DNA from: Eledone cirrhosa
Taxonomy: Eukaryota
DNA: 64,000 bases
Assembly (NCBI GenBank): GCA_964016885.1
Contig: OZ024760.1
Location: 9,796,001-9,860,000, forward strand
Direction: 5' to 3'
Of this stretch, positions 1-14,545 are shown piece after piece. The position numbers were made by a program, and so were the translations under genes. The notes beneath the pieces were generated by a model, which made no database searches, was not told the origin of the DNA, and saw only the letters and a list, made by a program, of their open reading frames with translations. Each line of letters begins with the position of its first letter. The stretch's first letter is position 1.

Positions 1-2866
1 CCCACAACCAACAGTGGCACCCACAGACCAACAGTGGCACCCACAACCACCAGTGGCACCCACAGACACCCACAGACCAACAATGACACCCACAACCAAC
101 AGTGGCACCCACAGACCAACAATGGCACCCACAACCAACAGTAGCACCCACAGACCAACAATGGCACCCACAACCAACAGTGGCACCCACAGACCAACAG
201 TGGCACCCACAACCAACAATGGCACCCTCAGACCAACAGTGGCACCCACAACCACCAGTGGCACCCACAGACACCCACAGACCAACAATGACACCCACAA
301 CCACCAGTGGCACCCACAGACCAACAATGGCACCCACAACCAACAGTGGCACCCACAGACCAACAGTGGCACCCACAACCACCAGTGGCACCCACAGACA
401 CCCACAGACCAACAATGACACCCACAACCAACAGTGGCACCCACAGACCAACAATGGCACCCACAACCAACAGTAGCACCCACAGACCAACAATGGCACC
501 CACAACCAACAGTGGCACCCACAGACCAACAATGGCACCCACAACCAACAATGGCACCCACAGACCAACAGTGGCACCCACAACCACCAGTGGCACCCAC
601 AGACACCCACAGACCAACAATGACACCCACAACCAACAGTGGCACCCACAGACCAACAATGGCACCCACAACCAACAGTGGCACCCACAGACCAACAATG
701 GCACCTACAACCAACAGTGGCACCCACAACCAACAGTGGCACCCACAGACCAACAATGGCACCTACAACCAACAGTGGCACCTACAACCAACAGTGGCAC
801 CCACAACCAACAGTGGCACCTACAACCAACAGTGGCACCCACAGACCAACAATGACACCCACAACCAACAGTGGCACCTACAACCAACAGTGGCACCTAC
901 AACCAACAGTGGCACCCACAGACCAACAATGACACCCACAACCAACAGTGGCACCTACAACCAACAGTGGCACCCACAACCAACAGTGGCACCTACAACC
1001 AACAGTGGCACCCACAGACCAACAATGACACCCACAACCAACAGTGGCACCTACAACCAACAGTGGCACCTACAACCAACAGTGGCACCCACAGACCAAC
1101 AATGGCACCTACAACCAACAGTGGCACCTACAACCAACAGTGGCACCCACAGACCAACAATGGCACCTACAACCAACAGTGGCACCTACAACCAACAGTG
1201 GCACCTACAACCAACAGTGGCACCCACAGACCAACAATGACACCCACAACCAACAGTGGCACCTACAACCAACAGTGGCACCTACAACCAACAGTGGCAC
1301 CCACAGACCAACAATAACACCCACAACCAACAGTGGCACCCACAACCAACAGTGGCACCTACAACCAACAGTGGCACCCACAGACCAACAATGACACCCA
1401 CAACCAACAGTGGCACCCACAACCAACAGTGGCACCTACAACCAACAGTGGCACCCACAGACCAACAATGGCACCCACAACCAACAGTGGCACCCACAGA
1501 CCAACAGTGGCACCTACAACCAACAATGGCACCCACAACCAACAGTGGCACCCACAGACCAACAATGGCACCCACAACCAACTGTGGCACCCACAGACCA
1601 ACAGTGGCACCCACAGACCAACAATGGCACCCACAGACCAACTGTGGCACCCACAGACCAACAATGGCACCCACAGACCAACTGTGGCACCCACAACCAA
1701 CAGTGGCACCCACAGACCAACAATGGCACCCACAGACCAACAATGGCACCCACAGACCAACAGTGGCACCCACAGACCAACTGTGGCACCCACAGACCAA
1801 CAGTGGCACCCACAGACCAACAATGGCACCTACAACCAACAGTGGCACCCACAGACCAACAATGGCACCCACAACCAACAATGGCACCCACAGACCAACA
1901 ATGGCACCCACAACCAACAGTGGCACCCACAGACCAACAGTGGCACCTACAACCAACAGTGGCACCCACAGACCAACAATGGCACCCACAACCAACAGTG
2001 GCACCCACAGACCAACAATGGCACCCACAACCAACAGTGGCACCCACAGACCAACAGTGGCACCTACAACCAACAGTGGCACCCACAGACCAACAATGGC
2101 ACCCACAACCAACAGTGGCACCCACAGACCAACAATGGCACCCACAACCAACAGTGGCACCCACAGACCAACAATGGCACCCACAACCAACAATGGCACC
2201 CACAGACCAACAATGGCACCCACAACCAACAGTGGCACCCACAGACCAACAATGGCACCCACAACCAACAGTGGCACCCACAGACCAACAATGGCACCCA
2301 CAGACCAACAGTGGCACCCACAGACCAACAATGGCACCTACAACCAACAGTGGCACCCACAGACCAACAATGGCACCCACAGACACCCACAGACCAACAA
2401 TGACACCCACAACCACCAGTGGCACCCACAGACCAACAATGACACCCACAACCAACAGTGGCACCCACAGACCAACAATGGCACCCACAACCAACAGTGG
2501 CACCCACAGACCAACAATGGCACCTACAACCAACAGTGGCACCCACAGACCAACAATGGCACCCACAACCACCAGTGGCACCCACAGACCAACAATGACA
2601 CCCACAACCAACAGTGGCACCCACAGACCAACAATGGCACCCACAACCAACAGTGGCACCCACAGACCAACAATGGCACCTACAACCAACAGTGGCACCC
2701 ACAGACCAACAATGGCACCCACAACCAACAGTGGCACCCACAGACCAACAATGGCACCTACAACTAACAGTGGCACCCACAACCAACAGTGGCACCCCAG
2801 ACCAACAATGGCACCTACAACCAACAGTGGCACCTCAGACCAACAGTGGCACCACAGACCAACTGT
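1..2866. repeat. Minisatellite of 19/20-bp monomers (ccaacagtggcacccaca[g]a), often as a 39-bp dimer; runs off the window start
   Basis: Direct tandem periodicity; explains all ORFs from 14 to 2954. Confidence 0.95.
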
Positions 2867-2971
2867 GACAGCCATGTCCATATATGGAGGTCATGGTTCT
2901 ACCTTATTCTCTATAACAGTTGTCATATTTATGGAAACAATAACATTTTACTAAAACTGTTTAATCTTTAG

Positions 2972-3327
2972 ATCTCTCTCTCTCTCTCTCATTTAAATAA
3001 CTCTCTCTCTCTGTTAAATAGCCCTCTCTCTCTCTCATTTAAATAACTCTCCCTCTCTCTCAAATAACTCTCTCTCACTTTTAAATAGCTCTCTCTCTCT
3101 CTCATTTAAATAACTCTCTCTCTCTTTTTTTAAATAGCTCTCTCTCTCATTTAAATAACTCTCTCTTTCTTTTTTTAAATAGCTCTCTCTCTCTCTCTCA
3201 TTTAAATAACTCTCTCTCTCTTTTTTTAAATAGCTCTCTCTCTCTCTCTCTCTCTCTTTCCCATTTAAAGAACTCTCTCTCCTTTAAATAACTCTCTCTC
3301 TCTCTCAAATAACTGTCTCTCTCTCAT
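2972..3327. repeat. (CT)n-based degenerate tandem repeat (tttaaataactctctc)
   Basis: Visible repetition. Confidence 0.85.
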
Positions 3328-3556
3328 TTAACCCATTACTCTATATATACTATTATATTTTCATGGTAAATGCTTTACCTCACATAATTATCTCACATAA
3401 TTATCTCACATAATATCAAATCTATGAGATTTTGAAAGTATTTATTTTGAGAACAATACCTTAACATAAGTTTGAGTGACCAGTTACAGCCAGTTTCAAC
3501 AGAAAGAGGTAGAGAATTCTGGCTGGTTTTGGCCGGTTTGAGCATTAAAGGGCTAA
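3328..3556 (-). mobile_element. piggyBac-like MITE
   Basis: ttaa-ccc...ggg-ctaa ends; reverse-complement similarity to 10247-10469 and 60031-60180. Confidence 0.55.
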
Positions 3557-4223
3557 ATAGCTTTCTCTCTCTCATTTGAATAACTTTCTCTCACATTCTG
3601 CCCCCTCTCTTTCTCTCTCCGCTCACTCTGTCATACATTCTCTCACACATTCTCTCTCTCATATTCTTCCAGTCAACCAGTGTCCTATATAATACAATAT
3701 ATGATGTAATATGTACAATGTTGTCAAAACGGCATATGGTGTTCGTTAAAATATTCTTTCAGTGGTGAGACCTTGTGATGAGTAATATCCCACCCACAAA
3801 GACCATCGCTAGAAATAGATTGCCCATACCTGATAGTAGTCATCATCATCATCATAACATCCACTTTCCCTGCCAGCAAGGGTTGCATGGGTCTACATGG
3901 ACCAAGTCAGAACTGAAGCAGTGGCTACTGATCACCTAGACGAGCCAGGAATCTGTTATCTGTGCATTCTGCCGAGTCACTGGGGGAGGGAGGTTGTCAT
4001 GTCTTTGACACAACTGAGGGAGCTTCCAACCCTTCTTTTGGCAAGCTTTCTACTGTTGGATGCCCTTCTTATTACCAACCACTTTACAGCCTGTATTATG
4101 TAGACCACCTGCACTAGGGAAGCTGTCATGTCTTTAACATAGCACAAAAATCTTCTCGGTCCTTTGTCTGAGAAAATCTCAAACATGCGCCATACCACCT
4201 GTACTACAAATTATCTCCTGGTA

Positions 4224-4559
4224 ATCATCATCATCATCATTTTACGTCCACTTTTTCCTTGCTTGCAAGGGTGGGACAGGAACTGATGCTGGCTTGATTT
4301 CTACAGCTGGATGCCCTTCCTAACACCAACCTCATTTACAGTGAGTGCTGGGTGCTTTTTTGCCGTGGCACCTCCACGACCACTTTGCAGTGGAATGATA
4401 GGGACCCCAGTCCCTATCATCTCATTTCTACAGCCGAGTAAAACTGGAGCAATGTGAAATAAAGTGTCTTGCTCAAGGAAACAATACATCACCCGGTCTG
4501 AGAATTGAACTCACAACCTTTCGATTGCAAGGCTCTAACCACTGAGCCATGTGTCTCCA
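4224..4559 (-). mobile_element. Composite SINE: tRNA-like head, hairpin, RTE-like 3' tail ending in (ATG)n
   Basis: Near-identical to 15405-15737, 26510-26840 and 50283-50619; head matches 29058-29200. Confidence 0.85.
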
Positions 4560-5008
4560 TAATGTTTGATATATTTATTTATATATATGTCAATAGCTCT
4601 TTTAATTTTATATATATAATTGTTTCTACTTTTGGTACAAGGCCAGCAATTATCCCAGTGTATTACTGGTACTTTATTTTATCGACCCCGTAAGGATGAA
4701 AGGCAAAAAAGGTAGAAACATGTCCTTACACCGCATTTGACTAAATAAAGTTAGTCTGTTAGTGGGGATTTTTTAAAAGCCCTCTGAATGGAAAAAGGAT
4801 TAGTATTGAGATATAGGACTCAAACCCACCGGACCCTTGTGCTACCATTACACCAATACACCACCCACCCCCCTTCTATTCAAATAAGAAACTATATGTA
4901 TACCATGTAAGAGATGTCAACATGAATGGACCTGTTATTTTTATCTAAAGACATTTTTTTCCAATTCCAACCCGCCCGTCCCCTCAATCTAACTTATATC
5001 TCATTCTT

Positions 5009-5044
5009 TCTTCTGATGAAGGACTAGCGTCCGAAACGTTAAGA
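5009..5044 (+). ncRNA. Minimal type I hammerhead ribozyme motif (Penelope-like element type)
   Basis: UCUU-CUGAUGA-A-GGAC(UAGC)GUCC-GAAA-CGUU-AAGA: both cores, stem II, stem I UCUU/AAGA, palindromic stem III AACGUU. Confidence 0.65.
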
Positions 5045-5128
5045 CCCTCTTCCTGCTATATCAAGCGTTAACCTATTATATCCCTTCCATATACTGTACC
5101 GATTGTGTTGTTATTTCTGTTTACTTTT

Positions 5129-5201
<73 letters not shown>

Positions 5202-5278
5202 AAGCTTTGTTTCTGAAACAACAAGCAAAGTATTGAAAATAAGGTAGAAACATGTGCTTACGCCGTATTTGACCATTC

Positions 5279-6569
5279 TTACAACTGGCTGTATATATCT
5301 ACCATTCACTACCAGATCTAGACAGTGTTGTAGGTCATATTTACAACTGGCTGTATATATCTACCATTCACTACCAGATCTAGACAGTCTTGTAAGTCAC
5401 ATTTACAACTGTCTATATATATCTACCATTCACTACCAGATCTAGACAGTCTTGTAAGTCATATTTACAGCTGGCTGTATATATCTACCATTCACTACCA
5501 GATCTAGACAGTGTTGTAAGTCATATTTACAGCTGGCTATATATATCTACCATTCTCTACCAGATCTAGACAGTGTTGTAGGTCATATTTACAGCTGGCT
5601 GTATATATCTACCATTCACTACCAGATCTAGACAGTGTTGTAAGTCATATTTACAACTGGCTGTATATATCTACCATTCACTACCAGATCTAGACAGTGT
5701 TGTAGGTCATATTTACAACTGTCTATATATATCTACCATTCACTACCAGATCTAGACAGTGTTGTAAGTTATATTTACAACTGGCTGTATATATCTACCA
5801 TTCACTACCAGATCTAGACAGTCTTGTAAGTCATATTTACAGCTGGCTGTATATATCTACCATTCACTACCAGATCTAGACAGTGTTGTAAGTCATATTT
5901 ACAACTGGCTGTATATATCTACCATTCACTACCAGATCTAGACAGTGTTGTAGGTCATATTTACAACTGTCTATATATATCTACCATTCACTACCAGATC
6001 TAGACAGTGTTGTAGGTCATATTTACAGCTGGCTGTATATATCTACCATTCACTACCAGATCTAGACAGTCTTGTAGGTCATATTTACAGCTGGCTGTAT
6101 ATATCTACCATTCACTACCAGATCTAGACAGTCTTGTAAGTCACATTTACAACTGGCTGTATATATCTACCATTCACTACCAGATCTAGACAGTGTTGTA
6201 AGTCATATTTACAGCTGGCTGTATATATCTACCATTCACTACCAGATCTAGACAGTGTTGTAGGTCATATTTACAACTGTCTATATATATCTACCATTCA
6301 CTACCAGATCTAGATAGTCTTGAAAGTCATATTTACAGCTGGCTGTATATCTACCATTCACTACCAGATCTAGACAGTGTTGTAAGTCATATTTACAACT
6401 GGCTGTATATATCTACCATTCACTACCAGATCTAGACAGTGTTGTAAGTCATATTTACAACTGGCTGTATATATCTACCATTCACTACCAGATCTAGACA
6501 GTGTTGTAAGTCATATTTACAACTGTCTATATATATCTACCATTCACTACCAGATCTAGACAGTGTTGT
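5279..6569. repeat. 62-bp minisatellite, about 21 copies
   Basis: Unit ttacaactggctgtatatatctaccattcactaccagatctagacagtgttgtaggtcatat. Confidence 0.95.
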
Positions 6570-7127
6570 GGCCATAATATATATAAAGCTTGGAAGAATT
6601 TAAAAAAAAACTTGCTCAAAATAATTTACTGTATGTGTGAGAAGTAATGAAAACATGTAGTCTTTTATTTTTATTGCCTAAGCTGCGAATTGTCCATCAC
6701 CGAAGCTTGTTTAGCTGGAGACATTAATTAGGGCTTGGCTTGGCTAAGGTTGACCAAGTACTAAACAATAACAACAACATCTCTAAGAGAAAGTTAACTA
6801 GTTTTCTGTAGTGTCAGTAGTTAGTTAAAGAATTAATTAAACTTATTCTGTTAATGACACTCATTACTTGTCTGACAATACTAATTAAGATGCCTTAAAC
6901 TTAAAACAGACTAGACAATAATTACTTTCTGTGTTACCCCCACTACAGTGTTCTGCTAGATTTCCAGTTTACTGTTTAGAGAAGGAGGGGGGAAATGGGA
7001 ATAAATACAGCCAGGTACCTAATCTGACACTCTAGCAATATCCTCACCTGCTGATTGCTTTTATCAAGAGGATAAAGGCAAAGGTATTTTAAATAAACAT
7101 GCTATACAAATAAAACTACTGAAAACT

Positions 7128-7300
7128 ACTGGCACAAGGCCAGCACATACCCAGTGTATTACTGGTACTTTATTTTATCGACCCCGTAAGGATGAAAAGC
7201 AAAGTTAACCTCGGCGGCATTTGAACTCAGAATGGCAAGGGCCGTAACTCAATGCGCCAAAGCATGGCGTCCGACCCTTTACCGATACTGCCAATCCACC
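7128..7300 (-). mobile_element. tRNA-derived SINE, family 2
   Basis: Reverse complement of ggattggcagtatcggt...gagttcaaat...gcctttcatccttacggggtcgataaaataaagtaccag, found in many copies in the window. Confidence 0.85.
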
Positions 7301-7659
7301 GTTCGTTGCTCTGTACCCATTGCTTGACCGCCTAAAATTGAGGAGCTGTTAACAAAAGCACGTGAAAAAAAAACAATACAATGGCTGCAGAGAGCTGAAA
7401 TCGCAGTCATATAGTCGCCGGATATTACGTACGACACACGGTGACTTAACCTGCTAATCTCACCCCAAATTATAAGTCACACAGCACACTAAGTCCTATT
7501 ACTTTTCTGACATACTTGGTATTCATCCAGACATATGTGTGCACACAAGTATTTAAAGTGAACCTGTAGACAGTGTAGAAGGGAAATAACTCTTACATTT
7601 ACTCTTTCGATATACCCTCGTAAGTTATTTCCCTTGCCGAAGTTTAACTTCATCTGCAT

Positions 7660-8030
7660 TATCATCATCACTATTACCATCATCATCGCCACAACCACCA
7701 CCATCGCTACACACACCATAATCACCACCACCATCACGACACCAACACCCATACCATCACCATCATCGTTGCCACCATAACCACAACCACCATCTCCATT
7801 GCTGCCACCACCACCACCACCACACCAGTCCTACCACCAACATCACCATTACCACAACCACCACCTCCACCAACATTACTATCACCACCATCATATCCAC
7901 CATCACCACTACCACCATCACCACACCACTACCATCACCACCACTACCACCATCACCATACCACTACCAGCAACAACACTACCATCACCACTCCATCACA
8001 AGCAACAGCGCCACCACCATCTACCACCCA
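7660..8030. repeat. (CAC/CAT)n low-complexity tract
   Basis: Visible. Confidence 0.9.
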
Positions 8031-8174
8031 AAGCTCAGTGTGGTGGTTGTAAACCAGGTGACATGTTGTTGTGTTTCACCATTTGTTGCTGCCACGTCAT
8101 CCTCTTGTTAACATCAACCCACAAATCAGCCTTCACCCCTGCTTTCCATGTTAGCCTTGGGTCGTCCTACATTT

Positions 8175-10237
8175 CTTTACCCAGATCTCATTGTTCACTT
8201 TACCCAAATCTCATTGTTCACTTTGCCCAGATCTCATTGTTCACTTTACCCAGATCTCATTGTTCACTTTACCCAGATCTCATTGTTCATTTTACCCAAA
8301 TCTCTTTGTTCACTTTACCTAAATCTCATTGTTCACTTTACCCAGATCTCATTGTTCACTTTACCCAAACCTCATTGTTCATTTTACCCAAATCTCTTTG
8401 TTCATTTTACCCAAATCTCTTTGTTCACTTTACCCAAACCTCATTGTTCACTTTACCCAGACCTCATTGTTCACTTTACCCAGACCTCATTGTTCACTTT
8501 ACCCAAATCTCTTTGTTCACTTTACCCAAACCTCATTGTTCACTTTACCCAAACTTCATTGTTCATTTTACCCAAATCTCTTTGTTCACTTTACCCAAAC
8601 CTCATTGTTCACTTTACCCAAACTTCATTGTTCACTTTACCCAAATCTCTTTGTTCACTTTACCCAAACCTCATTGTTCACTTTACCCAAACCTCATTGT
8701 TCACTTTACCCAGATCTCATTGTTCACTTTACCCAAATCCCTTTGTTCACTTTACCCAGATCTCATTGTTCACTTTACCCAGATCTCGTTGTTCACTTTA
8801 CCCAAATCTTATTGTTCACTTTACCCAAATCTTATTGTTCACTTTACCCAGATCTCATTGTTCACTTTACCCAGATCTCATTGTTCACTTTACCCAAATC
8901 TTATTGTTCACTTTACCCAAATCTTATTGTTCACTTTACCCAGATCTCATTGTTCACTTTACCCAGATCTCTTTGTTCACTTTACCCAAATCCCTTTGTT
9001 CACTTTACCCAGATCTCATTGTTCACTTTACCCAGATCTCATTGTTCACTTTACCCAAATCTCTTTGTTCATTTTACCCAAATCTCTTTGTTCACTTTAC
9101 CCAGATCTCATTGTTCACTTTACCCAAATCTCTTTGTTCATTTTACCCAAATCTCTTTGTTCACTTTACCTAAATCTCATTGTTCACTTTACCCAGATCT
9201 CATTGTTCACTTTACCCAAACCTCATTGTTCATTTTACCCAAATCTCTTTGTTCATTTTACCCAAATCTCTTTGTTCACTTTACCCAAACCTCATTGTTC
9301 ACTTTACCCAGACCTCATTGTTCATTTTACCCAAATCTCTTTGTTCACTTTACCCAAACCTCATTGTTCACTTTACCCAAACCTCATTGTTCACTTTACC
9401 CAAACTTCATTGTTCATTTTACCCAAATCTCTTTGTTCACTTTACCCAAACCTCATTGTTCACTTTACCCAAACTTCATTGTTCACTTTACCCAAATCTC
9501 TTTGTTCACTTTACCCAAACCTCATTGTTCACTTTACCCAAACCTCATTGTTCACTTTACCCAAACCTCATTGTTCACTTTACCCAGATCTCATTGTTCA
9601 CTTTACCCAAATCCCTTTGTTCACTTTACCCAGATCTCATTGTTCACTTTACCCAGATCTCGTTGTTCACTTTACCCAAATCTTATTGTTCACTTTACCC
9701 AAATCTTATTGTTCACTTTACCCAGATCTCATTGTTCACTTTACCCAGATCTCATTGTTCACTTTACCCAAATCTTATTGTTCACTTTACCCAAATCTTA
9801 TTGTTCACTTTACCCAGATCTCATTGTTCACTTTACCCAGATCTCTTTGTTCACTTTACCCAAATCCCTTTGTTCACTTTACCCAGATCTCATTGTTCAC
9901 TTTACCCAAATCTTATTGTTCACTTTACCCAAATCTTATTGTTCACTTTACCCAGATCTCATTGTTCACTTTACCCAGATCTCTTTGTTCACTTTACCCA
10001 AATCCCTTTGTTCACTTTACCCAGATCTCATTGTTCACTTTACCCAAATCTTATTGTTCACTTTACCCAAATCTCATTGTTCACTTTACCCAGATCTCAT
10101 TGTTCACTTTACCCAAATCTTATTGTTCACTTTACCCAAATCTTATTGTTCACTTTACCCAAATCTCATTGTTCACTTTACCCAGATCTCTTTGTTCACT
10201 TTACCCAAATCCCTTTGTTCACTTTACCCAGATCTCA
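8175..10237. repeat. 23-bp minisatellite, about 90 copies
   Basis: Unit tttacccagatctcattgttcac with variants. Confidence 0.95.
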
Positions 10238-10246
10238 TAACATTAA

Positions 10247-10469
10247 AAACCCTTTAGCATTTAAACAAGTCCATATCTGGCCAGAATTTTCTCATCTCTT
10301 TCTGTTCAAACCGATTGTAACTAGCCACTCATACTGATGTTAGTGTTTTGTTCTTAAAATAAATAATATCAAAATCTCATAGATTCGATATTGTGAAATA
10401 ATTATGGTAAAGCCTTTACCATGCAAATATAATAGTAAGTCTAGAGTAATGGAAATAGTGAAGGGTTAA
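10247..10469 (+). mobile_element. piggyBac-like MITE
   Basis: aaccctttagcatttaaac...gaagggttaa; CCCT/AGGG termini with TTAA on the right; homologous copies at 3328 and 60031. Confidence 0.6.
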
Positions 10470-10754
10470 ATGTTACAGCCTGTCTCAAGCACAGAGGCTC
10501 ATCAGGCAGGAGCTTGTCCCAGTTTTATGTGGAGTTGAAGACACCCACTTGGACATGAGACCAAACCATCTCAAGCTTATCCCCTCAGATATTACTGGTA
10601 TTCGGTTTTTTTCAGCTGACTAGACTGGAACAACATAAGATAACATACTTTGATCAAGGACACATGACCATCACCATCACTGTTTAATGACCATTTTCCA
10701 TGCTAGCATATATCATATACCAGTTATATTTACATATAAAACCACCTACACATA

Positions 10755-11100
10755 TCATCATCATCTTCAACCTCATTTAACGTCCATTTTTTCCACACTG
10801 GCATGGGTTAGACGAGTTATCCTGTTGTGGGCAATGCCAGGTCCGGTGACCATGTCTTGCTCATACAGAACCGATTTTGACTTGGTTTCTAACGGCTGGA
10901 TGCCCTCCCTAGCACCAACCTCATTTACAGTACTGGGTGCTTTTTGTCATGATGTCTACATGACCACTTTACAGGGTGGACTGAGTGCTTGTTACCGTGA
11001 CACCTACACAACCACTCTGCTGTGTGGGGTGGGGGCGGGGACTTTTTGCCGTGTACACCATCATGACCACTTTACAGTGTGGGCTGGAGGCTTCATTATT
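10755..11100 (-). mobile_element. SINE / RTE-tail repeat (ctggatgcccttcctaacaccaacc family)
   Basis: Homologous to 18930-19270, 35025-35312, 54300-54490 and 54930-55284. Confidence 0.75.
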
Positions 11101-11204
11101 GGATGTGTGCTTCAGCTTGTCCTCATGGGGTGGGGGATATATAGGAGTGTGAAAGGTGGTGCATACTATATATATATATATGCTTCAGCTTCAGCCTATG
11201 GGAA

Positions 11205-13476
11205 GTCGGGTCTTCTGTATTGCTGAATAATGCCAGAGATCCCAGGTCCTGCGTCATCGCCTTTGAGAGGTGCAGTTGGGCAAGTTGAGCTTTTATCACC
11301 TCATCCCGAGTCTTCCTTGGTCTCCCCACCACATGGCTTCCCACTACATGGCTTCCCACCACATGGCTTCCCACCACATGGCTCCCCACCATATCGCTCC
11401 CCACTACATGGCTCCCCACTACATGGCTCATCACTGCATGGCTTCCCACCACATGGCTTCCCACCACATGTCTTCCCACCACATGGCTCCCCACCACATG
11501 GCTCCCCACCACATGGCTTCCCACTAAATGGCTTCCCACCACATGGCTTCCCACCACATGGCTTCCCACCACATGGCTTCCCACCACATGGCTTCCCACC
11601 ACATGGCTTCCCACTAAATGGCTTCCCACCACATGGCTCCCCACCACATGGCTTCCCACCACATGGCTTCCCACCACATGGCTTCCCACCACATGGCTCC
11701 CCACTGCATGGCTTCCCACCACATGGCTCCCCACCACATGGCTTCCCACTGCATAGCTCCCCACTAAATGGCTTCCCACTACATGTCTTCTCACCACATG
11801 GCTTCCCACCACATGGATTCCCACTACATGGCTCCCCACTACATGGTTCCCCACTACATGGCTCCCCACCACATGGCTTCCCACCACATGGCTTCCCACC
11901 ACATGGCTCCCCACCACATGACTTCCCACCACATGTCTTCCCACTACATGGGTCCCCACTACATGGCTCCCCACCACATGGCTTCCCACCACATGTCTTC
12001 CCACCACATGGCTCCCCACCACATGGCTCCCCACTACATGGCTCCCCACCACATGGCTTCCCACCACATGGATTCCCACTACATGGCTTCCCACTACATG
12101 ACTTCCCACTACATGGCTCCCCACTACATGGCTTCCCACCACATGGCTTCCCACCACATGGCTCCCCACCATATCGCTCCCCACTACATGGCTTCCCACC
12201 ACATGGCTCCCCACTACATGGCTTCCCACCACATGGCTCCCCACCACATGGCTCCCCACCACATGGCTCCCCACCACATGGCTTCCTGACACTTCTTCAC
12301 CCAGCGGTCATCCTCCATGCGCATCACATGTCCATACCATCTCAGCCTTCTCTCTCTCCTACACACCACAACTTATCCCTCTTATACACAGTTCCTCTCT
12401 CAACACATCACATGTCCATACCATCTCAGCCTTCTCTCTCTCCTGCACTCCACAACTTATCCCTCTTATACCCAGTTTCTCTCTCAACACATCACATGTC
12501 CATACCATCTCAGCCTTCTCTCTCTCCTGCACTCCACAACTTATCCCTCTTATACCCAGTTTCTCTCTCAACACATCACATGTCCATACCATCTCAGCCT
12601 TCTCTCTCTCCTGCACTCCACAACTTATCCCTCTTATACCCAGTTTCTCTCTCAACACATCACATGTCCATACCATCTCAGCCTTCTCTCTCTCCTGCAC
12701 TCCACAACTTATCCCTCTTATACCCAGTTTCTCTCTCACCACATCACATGTCCATACCATCTCAGCCTTCTCTCTCTCCTGCACTCCACAACTTATCCCT
12801 CTTATACCCAGTTTCTCTCTCACCACATCACATGTCCATACCATCTCAGCCTTCTCTCCTACACACCACAACTTATCCCTCTTATACCCAGTTTCTCTCT
12901 CACCACATCACATGTCCATACCATCTCAGCCTTCTCTCTCTCCTGCACTCCACAACTTATCCCTCTTATACCCAGTTTCTCTCTCACCACATCACATGTC
13001 CATACCATCTCAGCCTTCTCTCTCACCACATCACATGTCCATACCATCTCAGCCTTCTCTCTCACCACATCACATGTCCATACCATCTCAGCCTTCTCTC
13101 TCACCACATCACATGTCCATACCATCTCAGCCTTCTCTCTCTCCTGCACTCCACAACTTATCCCTCTTATACCCAGTTTCTCTCTCACCACATCACATGT
13201 CCATACCATCTCAGCCTTCTCTCTCTCCTGCACTCCACAACTTATCCCTCTTATACCCAGTTTCTCTCTCACCACATCACATGTCCATACCATCTCAGCC
13301 TTCTCTCTCACCACATCACATGTCCATACCATCTCAGCCTTCTCTCTCTCCTGCACTCCACAACTTATCCCTCTTATACCCAGTTTCTTTCTCAACTCGT
13401 CTATGATTGGTCGTTCACGCACATTGACATTGCACATCCAACGGCGCATGCTTGCTTCATTTCTCTCCAGCCGTAC
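11205..13476 (-). mobile_element. RTE-type LINE 3' remnant with internal 15-bp (about 64 copies, 11325-12287) and 84/39-bp (12322-13385) tandem amplifications
   Basis: Minus-strand peptides [25 protein letters not shown] and [12 protein letters not shown] match the LINE at 28540-28890. Confidence 0.85.
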
Positions 13477-13964
13477 AAACACACATTCACACATACTTCT
13501 TACTTACACATATATCTATCTACAGCCACACACACACACACACACACATACACTAACACACACACACTAACTCACAGACATATCAACACATCCACATATA
13601 CACAACCCGCACACACTCACATGCAGACACATCCGCATTTTACACGCATACACATATGCAGACATCCACATTTACACACATACATATCACATGACACAAA
13701 CACATCCACATACCTCAACATACATACAACATAGACATGGACATCCCTCCTACCCCCTCACAGCAGCCCACTTAACATATTTACCCCCTCTCTTTCTCTT
13801 CCACCAACACCTCTATCATATGTACACCAAATGGAAGTGCATCAATAATTAATGCACTCTAACATGTGCAATCACAATGATGCAGTTAATTGCATCAGTA
13901 AGATGTTAGTTCAAAAATTTGCACCAAGTGCAAAATGTGTAAATACCATTTTTTTTCACAGCCA

Positions 13965-14094
13965 GTATGTGTGTGTATGTATGTATGTATGTATGTATGT
14001 GTGTGTGTGTGTGTGTGTGTATTTATATGTAAATGTATGAGGGTATATATATATGTGGATATATGTATATATATATATATATATATGTATTATG

Positions 14095-14131
<37 letters not shown>

Positions 14132-14215
14132 GTGTATGTATGTATTTATACATATGTGTGTGTGTATATATGTATATGCATCTCTCTCTCTCTCCCTCCC
14201 TCCCTCTCTCTCCCC

Positions 14216-14256
<41 letters not shown>
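13965..14256. repeat. Compound (TG)/(TA)/(CT) microsatellite
   Basis: Visible. Confidence 0.9.
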
Positions 14257-14259
<3 letters not shown>

Positions 14260-14545
14260 AGTTCGAAGTTTGAAAGCCACGACTGTGAAATGGACAAATA
14301 AAGAAACAAGTTGGATGAAACAAGAAGTGTTTTTACCTTCATTTATTTATATGTCCTGTTATTTCGAGGTTAAAATCTCTTCTTCTGAGGAAAATAAAAG
14401 GGACTAATCCAATGATTGCATAACTGCACCTACGATTGCGTAGGCATCTGACAAAGTCACATGAATAACCATGTAACAGAGATGTATATCATGCAATAAA
14501 CAATTATGGGGAATTAATCCCATCTTAACTACCATTATTTGATAT

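Noticed and set aside
14-2954. Long overlapping ORFs (mucin-like MAPTTNSGTHRPT)
   Set aside because: Open in most frames on both strands because the 19/20-bp unit lacks stops; frames shift between units
5279-6569. Regular arrays as CRISPR
   Set aside because: No unique spacers, no cas genes, eukaryotic context
8030-8063. CGGC followed by a GT as HINT3 first exon
   Set aside because: Lacks the CxFC context, has a weak donor and follows a CAC microsatellite
7799-13734. ORFs of 813 and 834 aa, including PPHGF repeats
   Set aside because: Products of 23-, 15- and 84-bp minisatellites; the latter two derive from a LINE remnant
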